A stretch of DNA of 64,000 bases, from the NCBI GenBank assembly GCA_947366545.1, contig CANBAL010000002.1:14889-78888 (forward strand), in the 5' to 3' direction. The position numbers were made by a program, and so were the translations under genes. Positions 18,345 to 27,937 of this stretch are shown here, piece by piece. A model generated the notes under the pieces. That model saw only the letters and a program-made list of their open reading frames with translations. It was not told where the DNA came from and did not search any database. Origin of the DNA: an uncultured Clostridia bacterium (GTDB lineage Bacteria; Bacillota; Clostridia; Christensenellales; UBA1242). Within the stretch, counting starts at the first letter, position 1; each line of letters begins with the position of its first letter.

Positions 18345-20735
18345 ATGAAGGTTACATATAATTGGCTGAAAGATTTTGTTGACATTGACATTTCGGCAGA
18401 AGAACTTGCAAAGCGTTTGACCGCTGCGGGTATGGAAGTGGAAGAACTTATTTATCAAAATGAGCATCTTCACCATGTTGTAGTGGGCAAGATATTAAAA
18501 ATAGAAAGACATCCGCAAGCCGACAAACTGGTTGTTTGTCAGGTGGACATTGGGAGCGAGGTGACACAAATTGTTACTGCCGCAACAAATGTGTTTGAGG
18601 GTGCTATGGTGCCGGTAAGTCTTGCGGGGGCAGACTTATGCAACGGCATAAAAATTGAAAAATCAAAACTGCGTGGCGTGGACTCCTTTGGTATGTTCTG
18701 CAGCGGTGAGGAACTGGGAATTGATGACAATTATTTTGAAGGCGCAAGTGTGAACGGCATTTTGATATTGCCTGAAGATTTTGTTGCGGGTACACCTATT
18801 GACAAAGCACTGAAACTTGACGACATTATTTTTGATATTGGCGTAACACCTAACAGGGCGGACTGCATGAGTGTGATTGGTATTGCTCGTGAAGTATGTG
18901 CTGTACTGGGAAAGAGTATGAAAGAGGTTGACCTTTCATATAAGGCACTTGGCGATGATGTAAACAACCATGTAAAAGTGAATGTGCTTACTGACAACTG
19001 CCATAGATACATGGCGGGTTACATTCGTGATGTGAAAATTGAGCGTTCGCCTATCTGGATGAGATGCAGGCTTAACGCTGTTGGTATCAAACCTATCAAC
19101 ACCCTTGTTGACATAACCAACTATGTGCTTGTGGAAATGGGACAACCTTTGCATGCTTTTGACGGAGGGCTTATTACAAACAATCACATTATCGTTCGTC
19201 AGGCGGAAGAGGGAGAAAGGCTCGAATGTTTAAATCACGCTACATACAACCTTGACAATGATGTTATGGTGATTGCTGACGAGGAAAAGCCTATGGTTAT
19301 TGCAGGGGTTATTGGGGGAATGAACTCTTGCATTAATGACAGCACTTTCTGCTGTGTACTTGAATCAGCGGTGTTTGACCTTAAGAGCATTAGGCTTACA
19401 AGCAAAAGATTTGGTGTGCGTACCGATTCTTCTGCGCGCTATGAAAAAGGTGTGAATGTTGCCTCTGCTGAAATGGGAATCAAAAGAGCGTTACATCTTA
19501 TAGACAAGTTGGCTTGCGGAACCATTTCAAAAGGACTTATCGATCTTAAGCAAAAAGAAAATGAGGTGAGAAACATTGAAGGCTCTATAAAAGAGATAAA
19601 CAGCATTTTAGGAATAAATGTTCCACCAGAAATCATGAAGAGAATTTTAAACAGCCTTTGCATTAAAACTGAGATAAAAGGAGACAAACTTTTATGCGAA
19701 GTGCCTCCTTACCGAGAAGATATTGAAAATAACAACGACCTTGCAGAGGAAATTATTAGATTTTATGGCTACGACAAGTATGATGAACTTGGGCTTGAAC
19801 TTTTTGCGAACGCGAGTGTGACAGAAGGACGACAGATGCCTAGGGTAGCACTTGAAAACAAAATGAAGGATGTGCTTATAAATAACGGCTTTTATGAGAC
19901 TCTTAATTTCTCACTTTGTGCGCCTAACTTATGTGAGAAACTGTTGATTGATGACCTTAGGAAAGAACATATAACCATTGCAAACCCTATTTCTGAGGAC
20001 ATTTCTTGTCTGCGTACAAGCATGGCAGACGCACTTCTTATCGACCTTGAAACAAACCTTAAAGTAGGGAATAAAGATATTCGTCTTTTTGAAATTGGAA
20101 GAACTTATCATCCAAAAGAACTGCCTCTTCGTCACCTTCCTATTGAGAAAAGTAGACTTTCTTTCCTTGTAAACGAGAAGGGATTTGATTTCTTCAATTT
20201 GAAAGGGCTTGTTGAAAACCTACTTATTCTGACTTCGGTTGAGTGGAAACTGGTGCGTTCAAGCGAGCCTTATCTTCATCCAAACATAAGTGCGGACATC
20301 ATGTGCGGGAAAAATAAGATTGGCTATTTTGGCAAAATTCATCCGCTCGTTGCTAAGAATTATGACATTGACCCTAATACCTATTATGGTGAACTTGACA
20401 TGGACTATCTTGCCGCTTTCCAAGAAAAACACTACAGTGTTAGGGCTGTATCAAAATTCCCTATTGTGGAGCGCGACATCGCTGTGGTTGTAGATGAAAA
20501 CAAAACTTGTGAAGAGATTTTATCTGCGGTTAAATCTGCTTGCGGGGGACTTTACTACTCTAGTGAGTTATTCGACATTTACAGAAGTGAAAGCCTTGGA
20601 CAAGGCAAGAAAAGTATGGCAATAAAAATTAAACTTTCAAGTGGTGACCATACCCTTAAAGATGAAGAAGTGAATGGCGTGATAAACAAAGTGCTAAAAG
20701 CCTTACAATTTAGATTTGGTGCGAGCCTAAGATGA
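18345..20735 (+). CDS. pheT: phenylalanine--tRNA ligase beta subunit
   Basis: 796 aa. MKVTYNWLKDFV start, tRNA-binding OB domain, B3/4, B5 and FDX-ACB domains. Confidence 0.97.
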   Translation: MKVTYNWLKDFVDIDISAEELAKRLTAAGMEVEELIYQNEHLHHVVVGKILKIERHPQADKLVVCQVDIGSEVTQIVTAATNVFEGAMVPVSLAGADLCNGIKIEKSKLRGVDSFGMFCSGEELGIDDNYFEGASVNGILILPEDFVAGTPIDKALKLDDIIFDIGVTPNRADCMSVIGIAREVCAVLGKSMKEVDLSYKALGDDVNNHVKVNVLTDNCHRYMAGYIRDVKIERSPIWMRCRLNAVGIKPINTLVDITNYVLVEMGQPLHAFDGGLITNNHIIVRQAEEGERLECLNHATYNLDNDVMVIADEEKPMVIAGVIGGMNSCINDSTFCCVLESAVFDLKSIRLTSKRFGVRTDSSARYEKGVNVASAEMGIKRALHLIDKLACGTISKGLIDLKQKENEVRNIEGSIKEINSILGINVPPEIMKRILNSLCIKTEIKGDKLLCEVPPYREDIENNNDLAEEIIRFYGYDKYDELGLELFANASVTEGRQMPRVALENKMKDVLINNGFYETLNFSLCAPNLCEKLLIDDLRKEHITIANPISEDISCLRTSMADALLIDLETNLKVGNKDIRLFEIGRTYHPKELPLRHLPIEKSRLSFLVNEKGFDFFNLKGLVENLLILTSVEWKLVRSSEPYLHPNISADIMCGKNKIGYFGKIHPLVAKNYDIDPNTYYGELDMDYLAAFQEKHYSVRAVSKFPIVERDIAVVVDENKTCEEILSAVKSACGGLYYSSELFDIYRSESLGQGKKSMAIKIKLSSGDHTLKDEEVNGVINKVLKALQFRFGASLR

Positions 20736-21898
20736 TTTACTTAGATAACGCAGCCACTACGCCTATGTTTGAAGGGGCAGCAGAGCAGTACAAGAAATAT
20801 GCGTGTGAACTTTTCTACAATCCTTCCGCAGGGTACGGCGAGGCAATAAAAATTTCACGGCTTTTGCAGGAGGCGAGAAAGACTATTTTGGATAGGCTTG
20901 GTGCCGCAAAGGGGGACATTATTTTCACGAGTGGAGCTACTGAAAGCAATAATCTTGCGATTCAGGGTAGCGAGCGCAGTGGCAAGTGGGAATATGTTTT
21001 TTCTGCAGGAGAGCATCCAAGTGTTTTTAATGTGGCAAAAAGTTTGCAACAAAAAGGCTATGTCGTGCATTTTGTTCCACTTGGAAAAGACGGACAAATT
21101 GATTATGGTGCGTTAGAAAAAGTCTTGAATGAAAAGACAAGGCTTATTTCTGTCATACATGTGAGTAATGAAACGGGGGCTATAAACGATATAGCCCGAA
21201 TTTCTTTGCTCCGTGACAGGCTTTCGCCAAAAGCACTTCTTCATGTTGACGGTGTGCAGGCTTTTTGCAAAATACCTTTTAGTGTGGACAGGCTTGGCGT
21301 TGACCTTTATACCATTTCCTCCCACAAGTTTCATGGACCAAAAGGAGTGGGCGCGTTATATGTGAGAAACAAAGGCGCCCACAAGTTTCATGGACCAAAA
21401 GGAGTGGGCGCGTTATATGTGAGAAACAAAGGCGGGCTTAAAAACATCGTTTTTGGCGGTGGACAGGAGGGCGGTTTACGCTCGGGTACCGAAAATGTGA
21501 GTGGCATTATGGCTATGATATGGGCGGTTACACATATTAACACTCAAGAAAATTTTGAAAAAGTGACAAAGTTAAAAAACGCATTTTTAGAGGTGTTAAA
21601 ATCTGAGGCTGGAATTGGCGTAATAGATGTGGGAAGTCCTTACATTCTCTCTTTAAGTTTTAAAGGCGTGAAGGGGGAAACCTTGATGCGAAGGGTGGAG
21701 AATGAGGTGATTGTTGGAATAGGTAGTGCATGCTCGACAAGATATGCTGGCAACCGGATATTAGAACAACTTATCGCTCGTGACGAGGTGATTTCAAGCG
21801 TGAGAGTGAGTTTTAATGCTTACCTTACCTTAGACGAAGTTAAAAATGCGGCTATGATAATTAAAAATGCCTATAAGAATTTATTGGAGAAGGTGTAA
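20732..21898 (+). CDS. cysteine desulfurase (NifS/IscS-like) with internal 19-aa duplication
   Basis: MIYLDNAATTP..., GATESNN, SSHKFHGPKGVGALYV PLP-lysine motif (present twice), GSACS active-site loop. Overlaps the pheT stop and is coupled to thiI. Confidence 0.9.
   Translation: MIYLDNAATTPMFEGAAEQYKKYACELFYNPSAGYGEAIKISRLLQEARKTILDRLGAAKGDIIFTSGATESNNLAIQGSERSGKWEYVFSAGEHPSVFNVAKSLQQKGYVVHFVPLGKDGQIDYGALEKVLNEKTRLISVIHVSNETGAINDIARISLLRDRLSPKALLHVDGVQAFCKIPFSVDRLGVDLYTISSHKFHGPKGVGALYVRNKGAHKFHGPKGVGALYVRNKGGLKNIVFGGGQEGGLRSGTENVSGIMAMIWAVTHINTQENFEKVTKLKNAFLEVLKSEAGIGVIDVGSPYILSLSFKGVKGETLMRRVENEVIVGIGSACSTRYAGNRILEQLIARDEVISSVRVSFNAYLTLDEVKNAAMIIKNAYKNLLEKV
21321..21434 (+). repeat. perfect 57-bp x2 in-frame tandem duplication
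   Basis: 21321-21377 is identical to 21378-21434. It encodes HKFHGPKGVGALYVRNKG(A/G) twice. Confidence 0.95.
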
Positions 21899-23049
21899 TG
21901 GATAGAGTGCTTTTATTAAGATTTGGAGAACTTTACCTTAAAGGTAAAAATCGTAATATTTTTGAGGGAAAACTGATTTCTAATATCAAACAGAGTTTGG
22001 CGGGCGAGGAGTTCTCTTTTCATTCCACTTTTGGACGCTATATTATAAGTGGCTACAATCAAGAGCGTGAAGGCGAAATAATAAGAAAGTTAAAATGCGT
22101 GTTCGGGCTATATAGTCTTTCACCTGCAGTAGAGGTTGATGCGACTAAAGAGGAAATTGAAAATGAAGTGCGAAAAATAAGAATTGAACCAAAATCATTC
22201 AAGGTTAATGTAAAGCGTGCCGATAAAAACTTTCCTATTCCGTCTATGGAGTTTGCGGCATACTTAGGTGGCGTGATACTTGAAAACAACAAGTGTGAAG
22301 TCGACCTATACAATCCACAAGTGGAAGTGAATGTTGATATTCGTATGAATGGACGAGCATATATCTATTTTGAGAAGATTGCTTGTCAAGGGGGACTTCC
22401 GCTTGGTACTGCTGGAAAGGGACTTTTGCTTCTTTCTGGTGGGATTGATAGTCCAGTGGCAGGCTATTTAGTTGCAAAGCGCGGACTTGAAATTGAGGCG
22501 CTGCACTTTCACTCTTATCCATATACAAGCGAAAGGGCTAAAGAAAAAGTAATAAGTTTGGCGGAGAAGTTGACTGCTTATTGTGGAAAAATAAGATTAC
22601 ATACAATTTCCTTCACCAAGGTGCAGGAGGAAATCCACAAACATTGTGCACCAGAGTACATGATCACGATTATGCGCAGGATTATGATGAGAATTGCCGA
22701 ACGAATTTGTAAAGCAAATAACCTTGGCGCAATTATTACTGGGGAAAGCCTGGGACAGGTGGCAAGTCAGACCATGCAAAGCATGACAGTGACGGGAGGT
22801 GTGATTGAAAGTCTTCCAGTATTTAGGCCTTGCATTGCTATGGATAAGGAAGAGATTATGGCGGTGGCGAGGAATATTGATACATATGAAACTTCAATTC
22901 TTCCTTATGAGGATTGCTGTACAGTATTCCTACCAAAGTTTCCTGTAATCAAGCCTACAATAGAAAAAGCAGAAAAGGAAGAGCGAAGGCTCGACCTTGA
23001 AAAACTTATTGAAGAGGCAATGGCAACGGAAGAGATTTTAATGATATAA
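21898..23049 (+). CDS. thiI: tRNA 4-thiouridine(8) synthase / thiamine sulfur-transfer protein ThiI
   Basis: LLRFGELYLKGKNR (ferredoxin-like/THUMP region), PP-loop LLLSGGIDSPVAGY. Confidence 0.93.
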   Translation: MDRVLLLRFGELYLKGKNRNIFEGKLISNIKQSLAGEEFSFHSTFGRYIISGYNQEREGEIIRKLKCVFGLYSLSPAVEVDATKEEIENEVRKIRIEPKSFKVNVKRADKNFPIPSMEFAAYLGGVILENNKCEVDLYNPQVEVNVDIRMNGRAYIYFEKIACQGGLPLGTAGKGLLLLSGGIDSPVAGYLVAKRGLEIEALHFHSYPYTSERAKEKVISLAEKLTAYCGKIRLHTISFTKVQEEIHKHCAPEYMITIMRRIMMRIAERICKANNLGAIITGESLGQVASQTMQSMTVTGGVIESLPVFRPCIAMDKEEIMAVARNIDTYETSILPYEDCCTVFLPKFPVIKPTIEKAEKEERRLDLEKLIEEAMATEEILMI

Positions 23050-23062
23050 TATTTACGAAAAT

Positions 23063-23093
23063 AAAAAGGGGACTGTTTAAGTCCTCTTTTTTT
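23063..23093. terminator. bidirectional intrinsic terminator
   Basis: AGGGGACT-gttta-AGTCCTCT flanked by an A-run and a T-run. Lies between convergent thiI and the 167-aa gene. Confidence 0.7.
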
Positions 23094-23595
23094 ACATTTC
23101 GTCTTCTTCATCAACATGTGTGCCGCTTATTTCTTTCGATTTCTTTTTCCTTTTAAAATAATCTGTAGAATAAAGTTTGTATTCCAAGTAGGCTGCCCCA
23201 AAAGATAATGATAGTGGAGCTATGCCACATAGAGAAATTGCAAGGTCTCTATTTCGGAGCTTTATGTTTTCAGGCTTATCTGCAAACATACATTCGGCTA
23301 TATAACCTCTATCTTCTTTTAGTTTCTCTAGATATTGGATTTGCTTTTCAGTAAGATGAGTAATTTTTTTGTTTAAAATGTTGTTAAGTGAAGCTTCGAG
23401 CAAATCAATTTGATCTTGTATTTCTGCTTTGTGTACTGTAAATTCTTCGCTTGCTTTGTATGCGTCCATAGCATTGTCAAATTCTACCATGCCGTAGCTT
23501 ATCATAAAAATTCCACTACCTAAAAGTAGTACAGGGGTGGCAGCATAAGCAAGGGCGGTGCCGAGTTTTTTTAGTGCGGTATTGTTGTTTTTCAT
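23092..23595 (-). CDS. hypothetical membrane protein (N-TM, coiled-coil, C-TM, acidic ...EEDEM tail)
   Basis: 167 aa. TM LAYAATPVLLLGSGIFMISYG, helical core, TM LCGIAPLSLSFGAAYL. RBS AAGGAG. Architecture and promoter match 16618-17043. Confidence 0.65.
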   Translation of the reverse strand: MKNNNTALKKLGTALAYAATPVLLLGSGIFMISYGMVEFDNAMDAYKASEEFTVHKAEIQDQIDLLEASLNNILNKKITHLTEKQIQYLEKLKEDRGYIAECMFADKPENIKLRNRDLAISLCGIAPLSLSFGAAYLEYKLYSTDYFKRKKKSKEISGTHVDEEDEM

Positions 23596-23616
23596 ATTCT
23601 TCTCCTTGATGCTTTT

Positions 23617-23647
23617 ATTATAACATAGCGGGGGGGGGAGTTGTCAA
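23617..23647 (-). promoter_or_regulatory. consensus sigma-A promoter with C9 tract in the spacer (candidate phase-variable)
   Basis: Minus strand: TTGACA (23647-23642), 19-nt spacer ACTCCCCCCCCCGCTATGT, TATAAT (23622-23617) with TGn extension. C9 run = 23630-23638. Confidence 0.75.
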
Positions 23648-23743
23648 TACCCAATTTTGAAATATTAATAAAATGTATACCCACTCATAATTATAAATTT
23701 CATTTTTATAAATTTGCATAAAACTCAATTTATATAAAAAATA

Positions 23744-23761
23744 TGTGAATAAATATGCAAA
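23744..23761 (+). promoter_or_regulatory. ARG box-like operator 1 upstream of argR
   Basis: TGTGAATAAATATGCAAA matches about 14/18 of my recollection of the Bacillus AhrC consensus CATGAATAAAAATKCAAK. Abuts the -35. Confidence 0.5.
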
Positions 23762-23767
23762 AATCAC

Positions 23768-23796
23768 TTGCATAATTATAAAAAACGATGTATAAT
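23768..23796 (+). promoter_or_regulatory. probable argR promoter
   Basis: TTGCAT (23768-23773), 17-nt spacer, TATAAT (23791-23796). Confidence 0.5.
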
Positions 23797-23807
23797 AATG
23801 AAAAATG

Positions 23808-23825
23808 CATGAATAATCATAAATT
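23808..23825 (+). promoter_or_regulatory. ARG box-like operator 2
   Basis: CATGAATAATCATAAATT (about 12/18 to the consensus), downstream of the -10. Further TGCATAA half-sites nearby. Confidence 0.4.
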
Positions 23826-23888
23826 TATAATTATGCATAATGGCTACAACCCCCGAAAATAAAGAGATGTAGCGATTTAGGAGGAAAA

Positions 23889-24341
23889 ATGGCAAGAAGT
23901 GCAAGACAGTCAAAAATCTTGGAACTTATCTCTACAAAAGAGATTGAGACACAAGAAGACCTCGCAAGAGAACTTAAAAATGCAAACTTTGACATTACTC
24001 AAGCAACCATTTCAAGAGATATAAAGGAACTTGGTCTTACCAAGATACTTTCTAGTTCTGGTAAGTACAAGTACTGCTTTGTTGGTGGCGAAGAGCAGGT
24101 TATTTCTAATAAGTACATAACTATTTTCAAAGAGGCTGTAATATCTGTTAAGAGTGCACTTAATATTGTCGTTGTAAAAACCATTAAAGGACTTGGAGCA
24201 GGTGTTTGTAGTTTTGTTGATAAATTGAATTTGACAAACCTTATGGGTGCCACCTGTGGCGATGATACTGTGATGCTTGTTTTCCCTACTACCACCGAGG
24301 CAAATGAAATTGTAATGACTCTTAACGACATTCTCGCTTAA
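23889..24341 (+). CDS. argR: arginine repressor
   Basis: ARQSKILELISTKEIETQEDLAREL...QATISRDIKELGL winged-helix. C-terminal GTCGDDT oligomerisation/arginine-binding motif. Confidence 0.92.
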   Translation: MARSARQSKILELISTKEIETQEDLARELKNANFDITQATISRDIKELGLTKILSSSGKYKYCFVGGEEQVISNKYITIFKEAVISVKSALNIVVVKTIKGLGAGVCSFVDKLNLTNLMGATCGDDTVMLVFPTTTEANEIVMTLNDILA

Positions 24342-24350
24342 GGAGATAAA

Positions 24351-26021
24351 ATGCTTGAATTATTAAAAATAAAAAATGTAGCATTAATAAAAGATTTGGA
24401 AGTTAATTTTAAAAGCGGTTTTAATGTTCTGCTTGGCTCCACTGGCGCAGGCAAGAGCATTATTTTTGATGCACTTGAATTTGCACTCGGCGGAAAGGCG
24501 GATAAGACGCTTATTCGCTCTGGCGAAAGCATGATGAAGGTAGAGGCAATATTTTCTTCTTTAAGTGAAGAAGTTGCTAGTACTCTTGTTGAAATGGGAG
24601 TGCTTGAAGAAGGCGAGAGTGAGATTTTATTATCACGCAGTTTGAGTCTAGATGGCAAAAATACTATAAGAATAAATGGTGCCCCTGCTACAGCGGGTTT
24701 ATTAAAAGAATGCGGGGCTTTGCTGTGTGATAGTTATTCGCAGCATGAAAGCGTTAGCCTTCTTAATAGTAAAAATCACCTTGCTATGCTTGATAAACTT
24801 GGCGGCAAGGCGATAAAAGAAATTAAAGAAAAACTTGAAATTGAGTATAGTGCTTTAAACGAAATTCTTAACAAAATCAAATTGCTTGGTGGGGATGAAT
24901 TTGAAAGAGAGCGGACGAAATCCCTTCTTGAATATCAGATTAAAGAAATAGAGCGTGCCGAAATATATGAAGGCGAAGAGGAAGAGGTAAGGCAAAAAGT
25001 CACACTTATGTCTAGCAGCGAAAAGATTTTTGATGCGGTCAAGACCTGCGAGGAACTTCTTGAAGGCGGGAGCATGAGTGTTTTACCGTCTTTACAAGAA
25101 GCGGGCAGTGCATTAGGAAGCCTCGCTAGTATCGAGGAAATTGACAGGTGCAGGGAAAGATTAAATAGTTGCAGACTTGAAATAGAGGACATTTTTGAAA
25201 CCCTAAGAGATATTAGTGAAAAAACCACTTTTGACGAAAGAGAACTTGACAGGTTAAACAACCGTTTAGATCTTATAAAATTGCTTTGTAAGAAATACGG
25301 TGGAAGTGAAAGTAAGGTACTTGAATTTTTGCAAAGTGCCAAAAGTCAGCTTGACAATCTTGAAAATAGTGAATTTGAACTTATAAAGTTAAATAAGCAA
25401 AAAGATGAGCAGGAAAGAAAGTGTATTGCCATTTGTGAAGAACTTTCCTTATTAAGAAAGAAGATTGCTCTTGACACCGAAAAGGCGCTTATGAAGGAAC
25501 TTAAAGAACTTGGAATGAAATCTACACGCTTTGTCATTGAGTTTACAAAACTTGAAGGGATAACTTCAAATGGCTATGATAGCGTTGAATTTACTTTTTC
25601 TGCCAACATAGGACAAGAGGTAAAGTCGCTTAGCAAAACGGCGTCTGGCGGGGAAATGAGCCGAGTTATGCTTGCTTTTAAGACAATATTTGCCCGTGCT
25701 GGTGTGGCACAAACCCTTGTATTTGATGAGATAGACACCGGTATAAGCGGAGAAGTGGGATACATTGTTGGTGAAAAACTTTCCGCACTTAGTGAGCAGG
25801 TTTTATGTATTACTCATCTTGCGCAGGTGGCTTGTCAAGGAAATGCCTTCTATTATGTCGACAAATATACCGAAAATGATGCAACCTATACCAAGATTGA
25901 TGAACTTGAAGGGGAGAAAATTGATAACGCTCTTGCAAAATTAATAAGTGGTGAGGATGTGACGGAGGCTGCACTTAAACACATTAAACAGCTTAGAGCG
26001 AACAGAGTGAAAGCTAAGTAG
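24351..26021 (+). CDS. recN: DNA repair protein RecN
   Basis: SMC-like. Walker A GSTGAGKS, long coiled coil, signature SGGEMSRVMLA, Walker B LVFDEIDTG. Confidence 0.95.
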   Translation: MLELLKIKNVALIKDLEVNFKSGFNVLLGSTGAGKSIIFDALEFALGGKADKTLIRSGESMMKVEAIFSSLSEEVASTLVEMGVLEEGESEILLSRSLSLDGKNTIRINGAPATAGLLKECGALLCDSYSQHESVSLLNSKNHLAMLDKLGGKAIKEIKEKLEIEYSALNEILNKIKLLGGDEFERERTKSLLEYQIKEIERAEIYEGEEEEVRQKVTLMSSSEKIFDAVKTCEELLEGGSMSVLPSLQEAGSALGSLASIEEIDRCRERLNSCRLEIEDIFETLRDISEKTTFDERELDRLNNRLDLIKLLCKKYGGSESKVLEFLQSAKSQLDNLENSEFELIKLNKQKDEQERKCIAICEELSLLRKKIALDTEKALMKELKELGMKSTRFVIEFTKLEGITSNGYDSVEFTFSANIGQEVKSLSKTASGGEMSRVMLAFKTIFARAGVAQTLVFDEIDTGISGEVGYIVGEKLSALSEQVLCITHLAQVACQGNAFYYVDKYTENDATYTKIDELEGEKIDNALAKLISGEDVTEAALKHIKQLRANRVKAK

Positions 26022-26046
26022 AGTTACATATATTTTGTTAAATTGA

Positions 26047-26082
26047 GTAGACTATCCTAGTAAGGGTTAGTCTACTTTTTTT
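26047..26082 (+). terminator. intrinsic terminator after recN
   Basis: GTAGACTA-N13-TAGTCTAC followed by TTTTTTT. Confidence 0.7.
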
Positions 26083-26091
26083 GGAGGATAT

Positions 26092-27300
26092 ATGAAGTGG
26101 CTGAAAAAAATTATTGTTATAGTTTATATACTTTCGTTTTTATCATTAGCACTTATAAGCAATGTAAACTTTAAGGAAATCTTTTTATTGCCAGACAACT
26201 TTATTGCTAGTTATAGCGATATTGATAATGTGAATGAGAACTCTCTTCTCGGTGGTTTTGTCAAACTTTCACTTGAGAAAAAGACCACTGATGTTGGCAC
26301 CACCAAGGAGGATGAAGGCACTATTATAATTAAACTTTTTAACCTTATACCTATTAAAAAAGTAAATGTTCAAATTTTGCCTGAAGAAGAGGTGTATGTT
26401 GGGGGCGTGCCTATAGGACTTAACATTAATTCCTTGGGGGCTATGGTGGTGAGCGATACCATGGTGGACACAAGTGAAGGAAATGTAAAGACTATAAAAA
26501 ACTCGACCTTTAAAACAGGGGACATTTTAAAATCTATCAACGGCAAAGAAATTGAGAGTGCTGACGATATCGCGAAGATAATTTCTGACACGGGTAGTGA
26601 CGAAGTTGATATTAAATTTTTAAGAAAAAATCAAGAAAAAGATGCCAGAGTTAAACTCCTTAAAAATGATGAGGGCAAATATAAAATTGGCCTTTGGGTG
26701 CGTGATGATATTTCCGGTATTGGCACCCTTACCTATGTAGACAAAAAGAGCCATAATTATGCGGCACTTGGGCATCCTGTGACAGATAGTAGTGGTGGCA
26801 ATATTATCCCTGTTGCAGACGGAAAGGTTTACGCTTGTTCACTTATCGGTATAAACAAAGGGGAAAGAAATGCACCTGGGGAACTGCGATGTCTTTTCAT
26901 GCAAAGTGATGAAAAGGGTAGTATTGAAAAAAATAGTAAATTTGGAATATTTGGACATCTTGAAGATACCGAGGCGATCGTGGATGAAAACCTTACAGCA
27001 AAGCTTGGTGGCAGGCTCGGGGTTAAGACTGGAAGTGCCAAGATTGTTTCAAGTGTGAGCGGTATCCGTGAGGAATATGATATTGAAATTATCAAGGCAA
27101 GTTATCAGTCTAAATCTAGTGATAAGAGTATTGTGTTTAGAGTAAAAGATAAGCGGCTACTAGAACTTACTGGCGGAATTGTGCAGGGAATGAGTGGCTC
27201 GCCTATCATTCAAAATGGAAAAATTATCGGTGCTGTGACGCATGTATTTTTACAAGATCCTACCAAAGGCTACGGGGTATATGTGGACTGGATGCAGTAA
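26092..27300 (+). CDS. spoIVB: SpoIVB peptidase (S55), sporulation signalling protease
   Basis: N-terminal TM, PDZ region, GIGTLTYVD...AALGHPV and GMSGSPIIQNGKIIGAVTHVF catalytic motifs. Sits downstream of recN as in other spore formers. Confidence 0.9.
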   Translation: MKWLKKIIVIVYILSFLSLALISNVNFKEIFLLPDNFIASYSDIDNVNENSLLGGFVKLSLEKKTTDVGTTKEDEGTIIIKLFNLIPIKKVNVQILPEEEVYVGGVPIGLNINSLGAMVVSDTMVDTSEGNVKTIKNSTFKTGDILKSINGKEIESADDIAKIISDTGSDEVDIKFLRKNQEKDARVKLLKNDEGKYKIGLWVRDDISGIGTLTYVDKKSHNYAALGHPVTDSSGGNIIPVADGKVYACSLIGINKGERNAPGELRCLFMQSDEKGSIEKNSKFGIFGHLEDTEAIVDENLTAKLGGRLGVKTGSAKIVSSVSGIREEYDIEIIKASYQSKSSDKSIVFRVKDKRLLELTGGIVQGMSGSPIIQNGKIIGAVTHVFLQDPTKGYGVYVDWMQ

Positions 27301-27363
27301 AGGTTTCACTTTGCTTGGCGATTTTGTCGCAAAACTTTAAGAGGGAAAAAGTGCCTAAGGCAC

Positions 27364-27389
27364 AAAAAAGAGGCTGTTGCCTCTTTTTT
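27364..27389. terminator. bidirectional intrinsic terminator
   Basis: AAAAAAGAGGC-tgtt-GCCTCTTTTTT between convergent spoIVB and the 126-aa gene. Confidence 0.75.
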
Positions 27390-27768
27390 ATTCGTCCTCA
27401 TCTTCGCTTTCATCAGCCATTTGGGGAACACGACTGATTGAACTTAAATTTTCGATTGCGTTTATCATCTCATTTGTATGAGAGATTAAACTTTCAAGAT
27501 ACTCGCAAAGACTTTCAGTTTGATACTCGGCTTTTGTGCCATAGTTTTCCGTCTTCGCGTTTTTTGCGTAATACCTTATATGTTTTAATTTTTTGAATGC
27601 GTTTAGTGTCATTTGATATTCTAGCAGGCATTCATCCATAAGTGTGCTTATCCCTCTTTCATACAATCCTTTTATGCGACTGCTTTTTCGCTGTTTAATC
27701 GCATTATGTGTTTGCTTTAAATCTTCTTCGATTTTGTGATACCTATATAAAAAATTCTCGCTTAACAT
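27388..27768 (-). CDS. hypothetical protein with acidic C-terminus
   Basis: 126 aa, predicted helical, ends ...ADESEDEDE. RBS AGGAGGAAAA. Confidence 0.5.
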   Translation of the reverse strand: MLSENFLYRYHKIEEDLKQTHNAIKQRKSSRIKGLYERGISTLMDECLLEYQMTLNAFKKLKHIRYYAKNAKTENYGTKAEYQTESLCEYLESLISHTNEMINAIENLSSISRVPQMADESEDEDE

Positions 27769-27937
27769 TTTTCCTCCTAATATAATAATTTATATTGTTA
27801 AGATGAGAATTTTGCTAAAAACAAAAAAGAAGTTTACCTCAATCTCTAAACTTCTTTTTCGTACATGTGAAGCATATCTCCTTCACAGTATTATCATGTG
27901 CAGGTTATGGAATATTATACAAAGTTTTTAAACTTTT

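Noticed and set aside
27351-27363. 13-nt palindrome GTGCCTAAGGCAC, also present as its reverse complement at 58153-58165.
   Set aside because: It is a short tri-loop hairpin in terminator-rich spacers. Two occurrences of a self-complementary 13-mer do not support any specific function.
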